A stretch of 64,000 bases of DNA, from assembly GCA_041640035.1 (NCBI GenBank), contig JBEQBC010000001.1, forward strand, positions 32,001 to 96,000, in the 5' to 3' direction. Each line of letters opens with the position of its first letter. Position 1 is the first letter of the stretch. The notes below the pieces were generated by a model that was not told where the DNA came from, did not search any database, and saw nothing but the letters and a program-made list of their open reading frames with translations. The translations under genes and the position numbers were made by a program. The stretch comes from Candidatus Nanohaloarchaea archaeon. GTDB lineage: Archaea > Nanohalarchaeota > Nanosalinia > Nanosalinales > Nanosalinaceae. Shown here one piece after another: positions 1-8,361 of this stretch.

Positions 1-445
1 AAAGGAACTTCTTGATCAGATGAGATCAGATATTGACCGTTTCGAATCAAACCTAGACGAGGTCAAGTCCGCAACACTAAATGGGAACTACTACACAATC
101 GCCTCCCAGCTTGACAGTGTAAACAGTACCGAATCTGAAGCACTGAACACTACTTCGGAAGTAAAGGAGGACTTCAGATCGAATCAAAGACAGCAAATGC
201 TTATGATAGTTGCTTTCGTATCGCTTGTAGCGCTTGGAGGTGCAGCAGTGCTTTACCACAGAAGTGAGTACTACATCGATCCAGAGGATATCCCTGTAAG
301 TGCTGACAGTCTTTCGATGGATTCGTTTGATCGCGATGAAGTTATCGAGAAGGTTGAGGATAAACTGGACAGCGTTCTGGATGGAAACGGTGAAGGAGAT
401 GAGGGAAACGATTCTGATGATTCAGATGGTCTTTCCTGGAACTAA
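1..445 (+). CDS. C-terminal part of a membrane-anchored acidic protein (5' end probably outside window)
   Basis: Frame appears open back to the window edge; one TM helix (MLMIVAFVSLVALGGAAVLY) and an acidic tail. Confidence 0.7.
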   Translation, partial: KELLDQMRSDIDRFESNLDEVKSATLNGNYYTIASQLDSVNSTESEALNTTSEVKEDFRSNQRQQMLMIVAFVSLVALGGAAVLYHRSEYYIDPEDIPVSADSLSMDSFDRDEVIEKVEDKLDSVLDGNGEGDEGNDSDDSDGLSWN

Positions 446-786
446 AGCAGTTTCTCCGCGTCTTCAAAGCTTTCTTTGATCAATCCCTTATCTCTTATAG
501 TTGAGATCAACTGGTACATCTCGGTGCTGTAGTTTTCATCGTTCACAGCCTTGTCGACTACATCTTCGATAAGTACCTGTGTCTGAGGGTCTTCCTCAAG
601 TTTCTCTACGATGGTTTGGTCGGCTCTGTTGTTTGTGAGGTACTGTGATACTGCGGGCTGTGTTACATCCAATTTGTCAGCTATCTCTCTCTGTTTGTAT
701 CCGTAGTCTTCGGATAGCTTGGATGCGGCTATGCTTCTTATGGCTGGTAGAAGTTCTTCCACTATTACTTCGATTTCGTATTTCAT
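442..786 (-). CDS. HTH transcriptional regulator (COG2522-like)
   Basis: LLPAIRSIAA..L...YGYKQREIADKLDVTQPAVSQYL helix-turn-helix. Confidence 0.85.
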   Translation of the reverse strand: MKYEIEVIVEELLPAIRSIAASKLSEDYGYKQREIADKLDVTQPAVSQYLTNNRADQTIVEKLEEDPQTQVLIEDVVDKAVNDENYSTEMYQLISTIRDKGLIKESFEDAEKLL

Positions 787-880
787 AACAGTGTTATATC
801 TGGGTAGAATCTTATATATTCCAGATGTAAGAAGAATTGGTAGACTGGGAAATTAAAATAGAAGAATGAGGTGGATGGTA

Positions 881-1222
881 TCAGTAGTCTGCCTGCTGTA
901 CATCGCGGCTGAGCTTCTCGATATCTGCGGATAGTGCTTCCAGCTTTCTGCTTACTCTTTCCTTTTCCTTGATGATGTTCTCTACTTTCTCGTACTTTCT
1001 TGCAGATCGATCCAGGTCATGTTTCTCTACATATGCTGCATCGGTGTCCATCATCTTGTCGATTATTTCCTCTGCGATTTCGCCGAGAAGCAGGTTCAGT
1101 CCGTAGTATACATTGCTTCGTACATACTGGCCTTCATCGGCTTTTTCTCTAACCATTCTTTTGATCCGTGCGTGTGTGAAAGGAAGCTCGGATACTTCTA
1201 CATCTTCGGGTACATCAACCAT
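881..1222 (-). CDS. Histone-fold protein with C-terminal coiled-coil extension
   Basis: ELPFTHARIKRMVRE...VEKHDL resembles the archaeal histone ELP.A...RI / TV...D pattern. Confidence 0.7.
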   Translation of the reverse strand: MVDVPEDVEVSELPFTHARIKRMVREKADEGQYVRSNVYYGLNLLLGEIAEEIIDKMMDTDAAYVEKHDLDRSARKYEKVENIIKEKERVSRKLEALSADIEKLSRDVQQADY

Positions 1223-1354
1223 TGTTATCAGTAAAAAATTGGTTGCTAGAACCTTTTAAGCCTTTCCAGCCCTCTAAATCAGGTTCTCTTACAGCCATTA
1301 GTTATAAACCAATCAAAACCTGTATACATCAGTAATGAGAGGTGTTTCCAACCT

Positions 1355-1624
1355 TTGAATGATTTACTGGACGCTGCCAACGACGAGGACAAACAGAGCC
1401 AGAACTCCGATGATACACTAGCTGAAGGCGGAGAGGCCTCCGAGGAGCGTTTCCGTGAAGTGAAGAAGAAGTCTGCCGGTTCCGATCAAACTGCTGCCGA
1501 GAAGAGATTTGAAGAGCTGAAAGAAGAAGCCAAACAGGAGTTCGTGGAAAGACAGAGACGAAGAGAACAGGAAGATGAAGAAGAGGCAGAGGAAGAAGAC
1601 GAACCAGAATTTATAACATACTAG
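1355..1624 (+). CDS. Small acidic hypothetical protein
   Basis: TTG start after GAGGTG SD; E/D-rich, host-like codon use. Confidence 0.65.
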   Translation: MNDLLDAANDEDKQSQNSDDTLAEGGEASEERFREVKKKSAGSDQTAAEKRFEELKEEAKQEFVERQRRREQEDEEEAEEEDEPEFITY

Positions 1625-1643
1625 TCCATAACATCATCCTGTA

Positions 1644-2819
1644 ATGGATCTGGACCGAGTACCTTCCATAGCCAAGTACCTCTCACTCGTATTTCTGGTA
1701 TCATGGATAGGAAGAAGCACGGTCTGGAACTTTCTACCGATATTTCTCGAAAGACATATCACAAGCCTATTCCTGCTAGGAATCGTAACCGCACTTCCCG
1801 CAATTGTACCTGTACTTATCGATATACCTGTCGGCAACCTATCACAGCGAGCAGGAGAAAAAATAGTCATGTTTATGGGACTTATAGCAGGAACAATGCC
1901 CGCCCTATTTTACATGACCGCAGTAGCGCCTTTACTGGTACTAGGTAAAGCAGTAGAAGGAGTCGGCAAATCAATGATATGGAACGGCGGATGGAGTCTA
2001 TCACTCAAATCAGCAGACGAAGATGTCGAATCAGAGGCCGTATCAGTATTCCTTCTAGGAGTAAACCTCGCACTGATAATCGGTCCGATGATAGGAGGCT
2101 ACCTGATAGCAGCAAACGGTTTCTACCTACCATTCAAGATCTGGATATTCACCTCACTACTAGGACTAGCACTATTCTACTCATACATAGGACTAGGACT
2201 GGACAAAGGACTCAAACACTCATTCGCCGAGATAACACACAAAAGAACATACCTAGACGACTATCATCACCTCGTCAACAACTGGCAGAACCTGAAATTC
2301 GCCTACGCACTCGTATTCCTGTACTCTATAATCTTCTCATTCTACTGGCTGGCTATACCGCTTCTTTTGGACGAGATTGGAGCGGGCTTCCAGTTGATGG
2401 GGCTGATTTTTGGAGCAGCAGCCGTACCTAAAGCGTTTCAGTTCATATTCGGTGATATAGCAGATAAAATAGGAAGAATGAAAACCCTGGCAATACTATC
2501 ACTTCTTCTAACTCCGGTACTGGTCGCGATGAACTTCATCTCAAACATAATGCTGGTCGGAGTATTCGTCTTCGTCGCCAGAACATTATCCTCGGGGATG
2601 TCGCCCGCAGTACATGCCGTATTCGATGAGAATGTACCGGAAGAGATAGAGAGCGAGATGACAGGGTTCCTCGAACTGTTCAAGCACGGTGGAACCGCAC
2701 TGGGGCCTGTAGTAGCAGGTGCCGTAGCCTCGGTAGGAGGAATCAATGCATCCTTCCTGGCGGCCGGAGGAGTATCAATACTAATCTTGGTATTCAGTCT
2801 GATAGGTCTACGAGACTAG
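1644..2819 (+). CDS. MFS transporter
   Basis: About 12 hydrophobic segments; motif A GDIADKIGR. Confidence 0.92.
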   Translation: MDLDRVPSIAKYLSLVFLVSWIGRSTVWNFLPIFLERHITSLFLLGIVTALPAIVPVLIDIPVGNLSQRAGEKIVMFMGLIAGTMPALFYMTAVAPLLVLGKAVEGVGKSMIWNGGWSLSLKSADEDVESEAVSVFLLGVNLALIIGPMIGGYLIAANGFYLPFKIWIFTSLLGLALFYSYIGLGLDKGLKHSFAEITHKRTYLDDYHHLVNNWQNLKFAYALVFLYSIIFSFYWLAIPLLLDEIGAGFQLMGLIFGAAAVPKAFQFIFGDIADKIGRMKTLAILSLLLTPVLVAMNFISNIMLVGVFVFVARTLSSGMSPAVHAVFDENVPEEIESEMTGFLELFKHGGTALGPVVAGAVASVGGINASFLAAGGVSILILVFSLIGLRD

Positions 2820-3556
2820 AACTTCCCGATCTCCGGGAACTCAAATAATCCGGCTTCTCTGTCCACCCCGACAGCTTTCAAACTTGATTTCCGCGTATTG
2901 TTCTTGATTACAGGTGAAAGCAACTGGTTGGAAGGTGTCTCATTGATATTGGTTCCATTTGAGATTTGTGAAAAAGCCGGCATCACCACAATATCTTTAC
3001 CTTCACTGGTTTCGCCGTACAGGAAGCAGTCAATCTTCTCTGCGACACCTATTTCGTCCTGAAGCTTCAATGCGGGATGTTCATGTCCGATAACTACTGT
3101 ATCATAGTCTTTTTTGATATCTAGTTCCTCGAGCGTTTTATCGCCGTGGGTGTAAAGTACTCCGTTCTCTATGAAGGATTTCAGAAATCTTAGACCGTAT
3201 TTTTCCAGTGTGGAGCTCAGGAATGTGTCGTGGTTTCCCTGGATTAGTATAACTTCGTCGAACAGGTCTGTAGCTTTTTCCAGGAATTCTTTGATCTCCT
3301 CTCTTTCGCTGTAACGGCTGGTTGAGAACTCGTTTTTGATATCTCCGTTTACGACTAGTTTCTCAGCGTTTGTCTCATCTTTCAGTTTCTCCAGTTCGTC
3401 GAGTGTGTCTTCCAGTTGGGTTGGTGGTACATAGCTTCCTTTCTGTGTCATGCTGCCCTCCAGTCCTAGATGGAGATCTGATATGACGACTGTCTCTGAT
3501 TCACTGTCGTATAGTGCTGGTAGTTTGTCTACGGTCTGGAATTTTTTGATCTGCAT
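2816..3556 (-). CDS. Calcineurin-like metallophosphoesterase (COG1407 type)
   Basis: SDLHLG, NGD, GNHD, THGD, GHEHP motifs. Confidence 0.92.
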   Translation of the reverse strand: MQIKKFQTVDKLPALYDSESETVVISDLHLGLEGSMTQKGSYVPPTQLEDTLDELEKLKDETNAEKLVVNGDIKNEFSTSRYSEREEIKEFLEKATDLFDEVILIQGNHDTFLSSTLEKYGLRFLKSFIENGVLYTHGDKTLEELDIKKDYDTVVIGHEHPALKLQDEIGVAEKIDCFLYGETSEGKDIVVMPAFSQISNGTNINETPSNQLLSPVIKNNTRKSSLKAVGVDREAGLFEFPEIGKF

Positions 3557-3567
3557 AACAGGTATTT

Positions 3568-4425
3568 CTACTGGTTAAGTTCTCTCCATACTTTTAGAAA
3601 ATTATCTAGAGGATCTCTGCCGGTGTTCACCTTGATATACTTGGACTGGTTCTTGGCAGCCTCTTCCTCAATCATATCTAGGTGGTCATCCAGCTTCTCC
3701 CTATACTTCTCCTTCGTACGCGGAGTCAAATATGTTCTCAGTTTGAAACTTTTCTCAGGATGCTTGAACAGGGTATCTCCTTCTTCCTTAGGACTCAGTT
3801 CATCTGGAGAAAGCGTATTCACTAGTATTATGTTGTGGTCGTCCATGGACCGGAGTGCCTCTGTTATCTTCTCCCGGTTCACCAGTAAATCAGATATCAC
3901 CACGAGGTAGGATTCATGTTCGATCCTGTTGCTGTACTCGTACATACATGTATCTAATCTGCTTTCAGGAGTCTTCTCCAGGTTGTTCAAGGTATCTAAA
4001 AGGTTGTTCAGTTTCAGGCTTCTCCTGCCGTGACTGATCTCGGTCAAGGTTTCTGAGAAAACGGAGAAACGGTATCTGTCGTTGGTGTTCGAGGTCATGT
4101 ATGCCAAGGCGAGGCCGATCTTTGATGCGTGATCGTACTTGTTTTCCTCTCCGTAATCCATGGAGCTGCTTCTGTCAACGAGGATGTGTACTGTTATGCT
4201 TTTTTCTTCCTCGAATCTTTTGATGTAGAGGTCTTTGGTCCGTGCGTAGGCTTTCCAGTCTATCTTCCTGATATCGTCGCCGGGCGTGTAGCTTTTGTGG
4301 TCGGCGAACACTGTTCCGCTTCCTTTTCCCTCTCCTTTCTGCTGGCCTTCCATCACTTCTGCCGAGTTCTTCTTCAGTGCCAGGTTCAGGTTCTCTACTT
4401 TTTGAAGGAAGCTGTGTTCTATCAT
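3568..4425 (-). CDS. DUF58 VWA-domain protein
   Basis: F.DH..Y.PGDDIRKIDWKAYAR; MIDAS DRSSSM; adjacent to MoxR. Confidence 0.92.
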   Translation of the reverse strand: MIEHSFLQKVENLNLALKKNSAEVMEGQQKGEGKGSGTVFADHKSYTPGDDIRKIDWKAYARTKDLYIKRFEEEKSITVHILVDRSSSMDYGEENKYDHASKIGLALAYMTSNTNDRYRFSVFSETLTEISHGRRSLKLNNLLDTLNNLEKTPESRLDTCMYEYSNRIEHESYLVVISDLLVNREKITEALRSMDDHNIILVNTLSPDELSPKEEGDTLFKHPEKSFKLRTYLTPRTKEKYREKLDDHLDMIEEEAAKNQSKYIKVNTGRDPLDNFLKVWRELNQ

Positions 4426-5387
4426 TGGTTTTCGATTATTTCCTGTATAACCTCGTCTTCATCCTTACCTTTCTTTTCTGCCTCGAAGCTTAGACCGATT
4501 CTATGTCTCAGTACAGGTTTTGCCATCTCCTCGATATCCTTGACGGATACATGGTTCCTGCCGTTCATCACCGCGTGTCCTTTCGCTGCTACAATCAGGT
4601 TAATCGACCCTCTTGGTGATGCACCGTACTTCAGGTCCTCACTTTCTCTAGTGGCTTTAACTATTGAAATCGCTTCATCTCGTATATCGTTCGCGACGGG
4701 TATCTGAAGTGTGAACTCCTGAAGCTTTCTCAAAGACTTCTTAGAAAGAATCGTATTCAGGTCAGGACTGTATTCAAGATCTTTGGTGAAACGGTCCACT
4801 ATCTTCTGCTCTTCACTCATAGAGGGATAGTCTAGGCTTAGTTTCATCATGAAGCGGTCTCTCTGAGCTTCTGGAAGTGGGTAGGTTCCTTCCTGTTCTA
4901 ATGGGTTCTGTGTTGCCATCAGGAAGAATGGTGTATCCAGTTTGTATGTGTCGTTTCCTACGGTTACCTGTTTCTCCTGCATAGCTTCTAGTAGAGCGGA
5001 CTGTGTCTTCGGTGTCGCACGGTTTATCTCGTCTGCTAATACAATGTTTGAGAAGATAGGTCCTTCTTGGAACTTGAACTCTGTGGTTTCTGAGTCCTCT
5101 TCGATGATCTGTGTTCCTGTGATATCGGAAGGCATGAGGTCCGGTGTGTTCTGTATACGGGCGAATTCAAGGCCCATAACCTGTGAGATCGTACGGATCA
5201 TCTTTGTCTTACCCATTCCCGGGTTAGACTCAAGAAGAACATTTCCGTCGCATAGAATACCGATCATAACCTTTTCGATGACATCTTCTTGCCCTACTAT
5301 GACTTTGCGGATCTCATTGATTATTTCCTGGGTTTTCTCGCTTGCTTTTTCATATTTCTCAGCATCACTGCTTTTAGCTTTCATCAC
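4422..5387 (-). CDS. moxR: MoxR family AAA+ ATPase
   Basis: PGMGKT, TPDLMPSDITG, LADEINRA, ATQNPLEQEGTYPLPEAQRDRF. Confidence 0.96.
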   Translation of the reverse strand: MMKAKSSDAEKYEKASEKTQEIINEIRKVIVGQEDVIEKVMIGILCDGNVLLESNPGMGKTKMIRTISQVMGLEFARIQNTPDLMPSDITGTQIIEEDSETTEFKFQEGPIFSNIVLADEINRATPKTQSALLEAMQEKQVTVGNDTYKLDTPFFLMATQNPLEQEGTYPLPEAQRDRFMMKLSLDYPSMSEEQKIVDRFTKDLEYSPDLNTILSKKSLRKLQEFTLQIPVANDIRDEAISIVKATRESEDLKYGASPRGSINLIVAAKGHAVMNGRNHVSVKDIEEMAKPVLRHRIGLSFEAEKKGKDEDEVIQEIIENQ

Positions 5388-5441
5388 AATTAAACAAGGT
5401 TTGTTTCAGAAATTTAAATCTCCGCAGTAACCGGTCAAAAC

Positions 5442-6197
5442 CTACTGTTCGATATCCTTGATCGCAAGGCTGTAATCCCTCGCGATACGGTAATTTATGC
5501 CTTCTTCGCCTCCAGACCTGAAAGCCAGATCGCCTTGATACTGTTCGCCAAGAGGCTTGAAACCTTGACCTTCCTGAGAGTTGTAACTGAAGCTGATCTC
5601 CCGTGACTGATAATCAAAGTCATCAGGCTCCCCCAAGACATCAGAGTTATCACCGAACTCAACTTCTGAAATTGAACCTGAACCGGAGCCATTCGATCCA
5701 TTATCTGCCAGTGAATCATCTACAGTGTTCTCAATATCCATATCATGTATAGTGGTTACTCCGCCTACGACCGTTGCGATACTCAGGAAACTTATAGCTA
5801 CCACTTTGGCAAGTATTCTCTGATTAGGGATTATACTCTCTGAACTGATTGTTCTGGCAGTATCCTTAACTTCATCGAAAAGCCTTTCGACAGGCACACT
5901 GTTCTTACCCAGGTTATCGTGCGCGGTTCTCAGTATCTCCGCTAATTCAGGATTCTCCTCCTCATATATGTCGATACTGTATCCTCTAGACCGGTAATAA
6001 CTGTCAACGCAGAAAAATATGAATGAGACTACTGCGATTACCACATAACCGGGGTAGGAAGTCGGAAGATCTATTCCTGCCAGTTTTATTATCAAATAGG
6101 TTATCTGAAAGAATATTATTCCGTCAAGAAATCCTTGAAGTATCTTTACCTTCAAGTACTCGCGTTTCAACTGTTTGAAAAGCTTCTCTACTCTCAT
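5442..6197 (-). CDS. Membrane protein associated with the MoxR cluster
   Basis: Three TM segments; E..NPEL.E.LRTA.DN motif; co-oriented with moxR. Confidence 0.75.
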   Translation of the reverse strand: MRVEKLFKQLKREYLKVKILQGFLDGIIFFQITYLIIKLAGIDLPTSYPGYVVIAVVSFIFFCVDSYYRSRGYSIDIYEEENPELAEILRTAHDNLGKNSVPVERLFDEVKDTARTISSESIIPNQRILAKVVAISFLSIATVVGGVTTIHDMDIENTVDDSLADNGSNGSGSGSISEVEFGDNSDVLGEPDDFDYQSREISFSYNSQEGQGFKPLGEQYQGDLAFRSGGEEGINYRIARDYSLAIKDIEQ

Positions 6198-6628
6198 CTA
6201 TATCCCTGCTTCAGACACTGGTTCTCAGCAGAAGCTGTAAGATTATTAGCAGGTTTACAGACCTCTTCCAAACTGATATTCAAGCTGCTGGTTTCTTCCT
6301 CCAGACTTTCGACCTCTGAAGAGAGCGCCAGATTTTCCGATTCCAGATTATCTATACTTTCCTGTAGCTGTGTATTGTTGAACTCTGTAGCGTTCAAATC
6401 ATCTCTAACTGTTGTAAGCGAGTTATTCATCCTCTCTATTCTTTCCTGCAGCCTTGCGTTCTCTGTTTCCTGTTCCTCAACATCGTTTTGAAGCTGCTGA
6501 TTTCTACCGCTCAAATCACTGAGCTCTGCCTGATAAACAACAGATACCGCTACCAGAATACAGAGTACAAGCATCAACGATGTCAGAAGGAACGGGTTCA
6601 GTTTTCTCTTCAGTGCAGGTACAGCCAT
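6194..6628 (-). CDS. Membrane-anchored coiled-coil protein
   Basis: Probable ATG at 6628; N-terminal TM, heptad-rich region with NxS/T sequons, C-terminal Cys pair. Confidence 0.75.
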   Translation of the reverse strand: MAVPALKRKLNPFLLTSLMLVLCILVAVSVVYQAELSDLSGRNQQLQNDVEEQETENARLQERIERMNNSLTTVRDDLNATEFNNTQLQESIDNLESENLALSSEVESLEEETSSLNISLEEVCKPANNLTASAENQCLKQGYR

Positions 6629-6732
6629 TACTACAAAACATAATGACTCGCTCAGCTTTTTAATCATCTCCCGCCCCACAGACCCTGACTGAAATCCTTA
6701 AGTAGAATCAAAGACAATTACTAACCAGTCAT

Positions 6733-8361
6733 ATGTCAGAAGAGGATACCTGCAAATTCGGTCACACCTTCAAGATAGATGGAGACACACCGGAATATGA
6801 GACAGACGATGGAGAAACCATGAGTGTCAAAGAAGGCCTTGAGACCGGAGACCTTACTTCCCTAGAGGATGTTCAAGATGTAACCGGGACTTATTTTCTG
6901 AGACCTATACTAGGTGAACACTGGAAAAAGATCAAAGTATCCGGGTCACAAGGAGACGCCTTCACCATGGTTATGCCAGCAGCCGACAAGTTCGATGACG
7001 ACCTCGGCTACAATGTAGAAAAAACGGAGGAAAAGATATTCGTATCCCCACAGAGCTCCCTCCACGACGAGTTCATGAACCGGAGACAGCAGGCCGAGCA
7101 AAGGGTAAAATCCACTATGCAGGGTTTCTCCGAACTGATGAAGGAGAAACAGGTAATCGAACATGATATCAGAAAACTCCGTTCAAGAGTAGAGAACTTC
7201 GAATCAAGAGATGAAACCGTACTAAAAGCAGACTTCATAGAACTGGTTGACGGAGCAGGAGGAGGTCAACAAGGAGGAGACCGCGCCTCACTGAAATTCC
7301 TTAGAGACCAGAACATCTACCCGTCGATTGTAGCAGATTTCAACGAGATGGACGGAGTTGAAGATCTTGAAGAAGGCGGAAAACTAGATCACCTGCCTGA
7401 AAATGTGAAGGCCGTTCTAAAGAAGAAGTACACGATGTACGAGAAATGGAAAGACCTTTATGGAACCGAAGTCAGACGGAAACTGAATGAACTTAACTCA
7501 CAGCTCAAAGCCACTGAAAGAAAAATAGAAGAAACCAAAGACTGGCTTGAACCCTATGTACAGGACATGCAGATGATCAAACAGAAGGAAAGAGGAGATA
7601 GAACAGGCGAATTCAACAAATACTACACTTTCCAAGGATACTCCTCCATGGAAAGAAACCTTGAATTCATTTGCTATCAGCCTCTAGCCAAGGAGGAAGG
7701 AAGTCTAGTAGTTAATGAAGATGGAAAACATGAGACAACACATTACAGGATAGCCTACATTCACGGAGTACATATCAACCTGGCTAACCCGCAGCAGCCT
7801 CAATCACCTGCTGAAGGACCAGCGCCTGGAGTCGTATTCGTATTCCCTGTAATTGTTTGCAAACATGTTTTCAATAGGGTCTTCCAGAAGAAAATCGATA
7901 GAAGCGCAAACCTGTTTGAGGAAACGATGAGTGACTATGTAGGTGATATAGAGTCAGAGGAAGGAAAAACCCTGAAGGATAGCCGTCAAGCAAAGGATAT
8001 GTCGGTAAGAGAGCTCCGTGAGAAAATCGAGGAGGAGGAAGGCGAACAGGTAGAACTGGAACTATCCTCTAAAATCAGAAGAGTAGAAGATGGTATAGAC
8101 GATCCTGAGGTTTTAGAAGATCATCTAGAAACAATCGAAAACATACTTGATATCGAAGAAGGGCTTACACAGGATGATTCTGAGGATGAAACCCGTTACA
8201 CCGGTTTAGAGAAGCGTGCAAGACTTTTCATAGGCCAGACAGACGACTACTATCTCGGCGACACACTCGACGACGCATTTGGAAGTTTCAAGTATGAAGA
8301 GCTTATTTTCAGCTGGTATATTGACTTCAAAAAGGGTCAAGGACTTCACACGATGAAATAA
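6733..8361 (+). CDS. Uncharacterised coiled-coil protein with a probable XRE-like HTH near the C-terminus
   Basis: 542-aa ORF; two coiled-coil stretches; LKDSRQAKDMSVREL...KIRRVEDG resembles Cro/C1 HTH. Confidence 0.75.
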   Translation: MSEEDTCKFGHTFKIDGDTPEYETDDGETMSVKEGLETGDLTSLEDVQDVTGTYFLRPILGEHWKKIKVSGSQGDAFTMVMPAADKFDDDLGYNVEKTEEKIFVSPQSSLHDEFMNRRQQAEQRVKSTMQGFSELMKEKQVIEHDIRKLRSRVENFESRDETVLKADFIELVDGAGGGQQGGDRASLKFLRDQNIYPSIVADFNEMDGVEDLEEGGKLDHLPENVKAVLKKKYTMYEKWKDLYGTEVRRKLNELNSQLKATERKIEETKDWLEPYVQDMQMIKQKERGDRTGEFNKYYTFQGYSSMERNLEFICYQPLAKEEGSLVVNEDGKHETTHYRIAYIHGVHINLANPQQPQSPAEGPAPGVVFVFPVIVCKHVFNRVFQKKIDRSANLFEETMSDYVGDIESEEGKTLKDSRQAKDMSVRELREKIEEEEGEQVELELSSKIRRVEDGIDDPEVLEDHLETIENILDIEEGLTQDDSEDETRYTGLEKRARLFIGQTDDYYLGDTLDDAFGSFKYEELIFSWYIDFKKGQGLHTMK

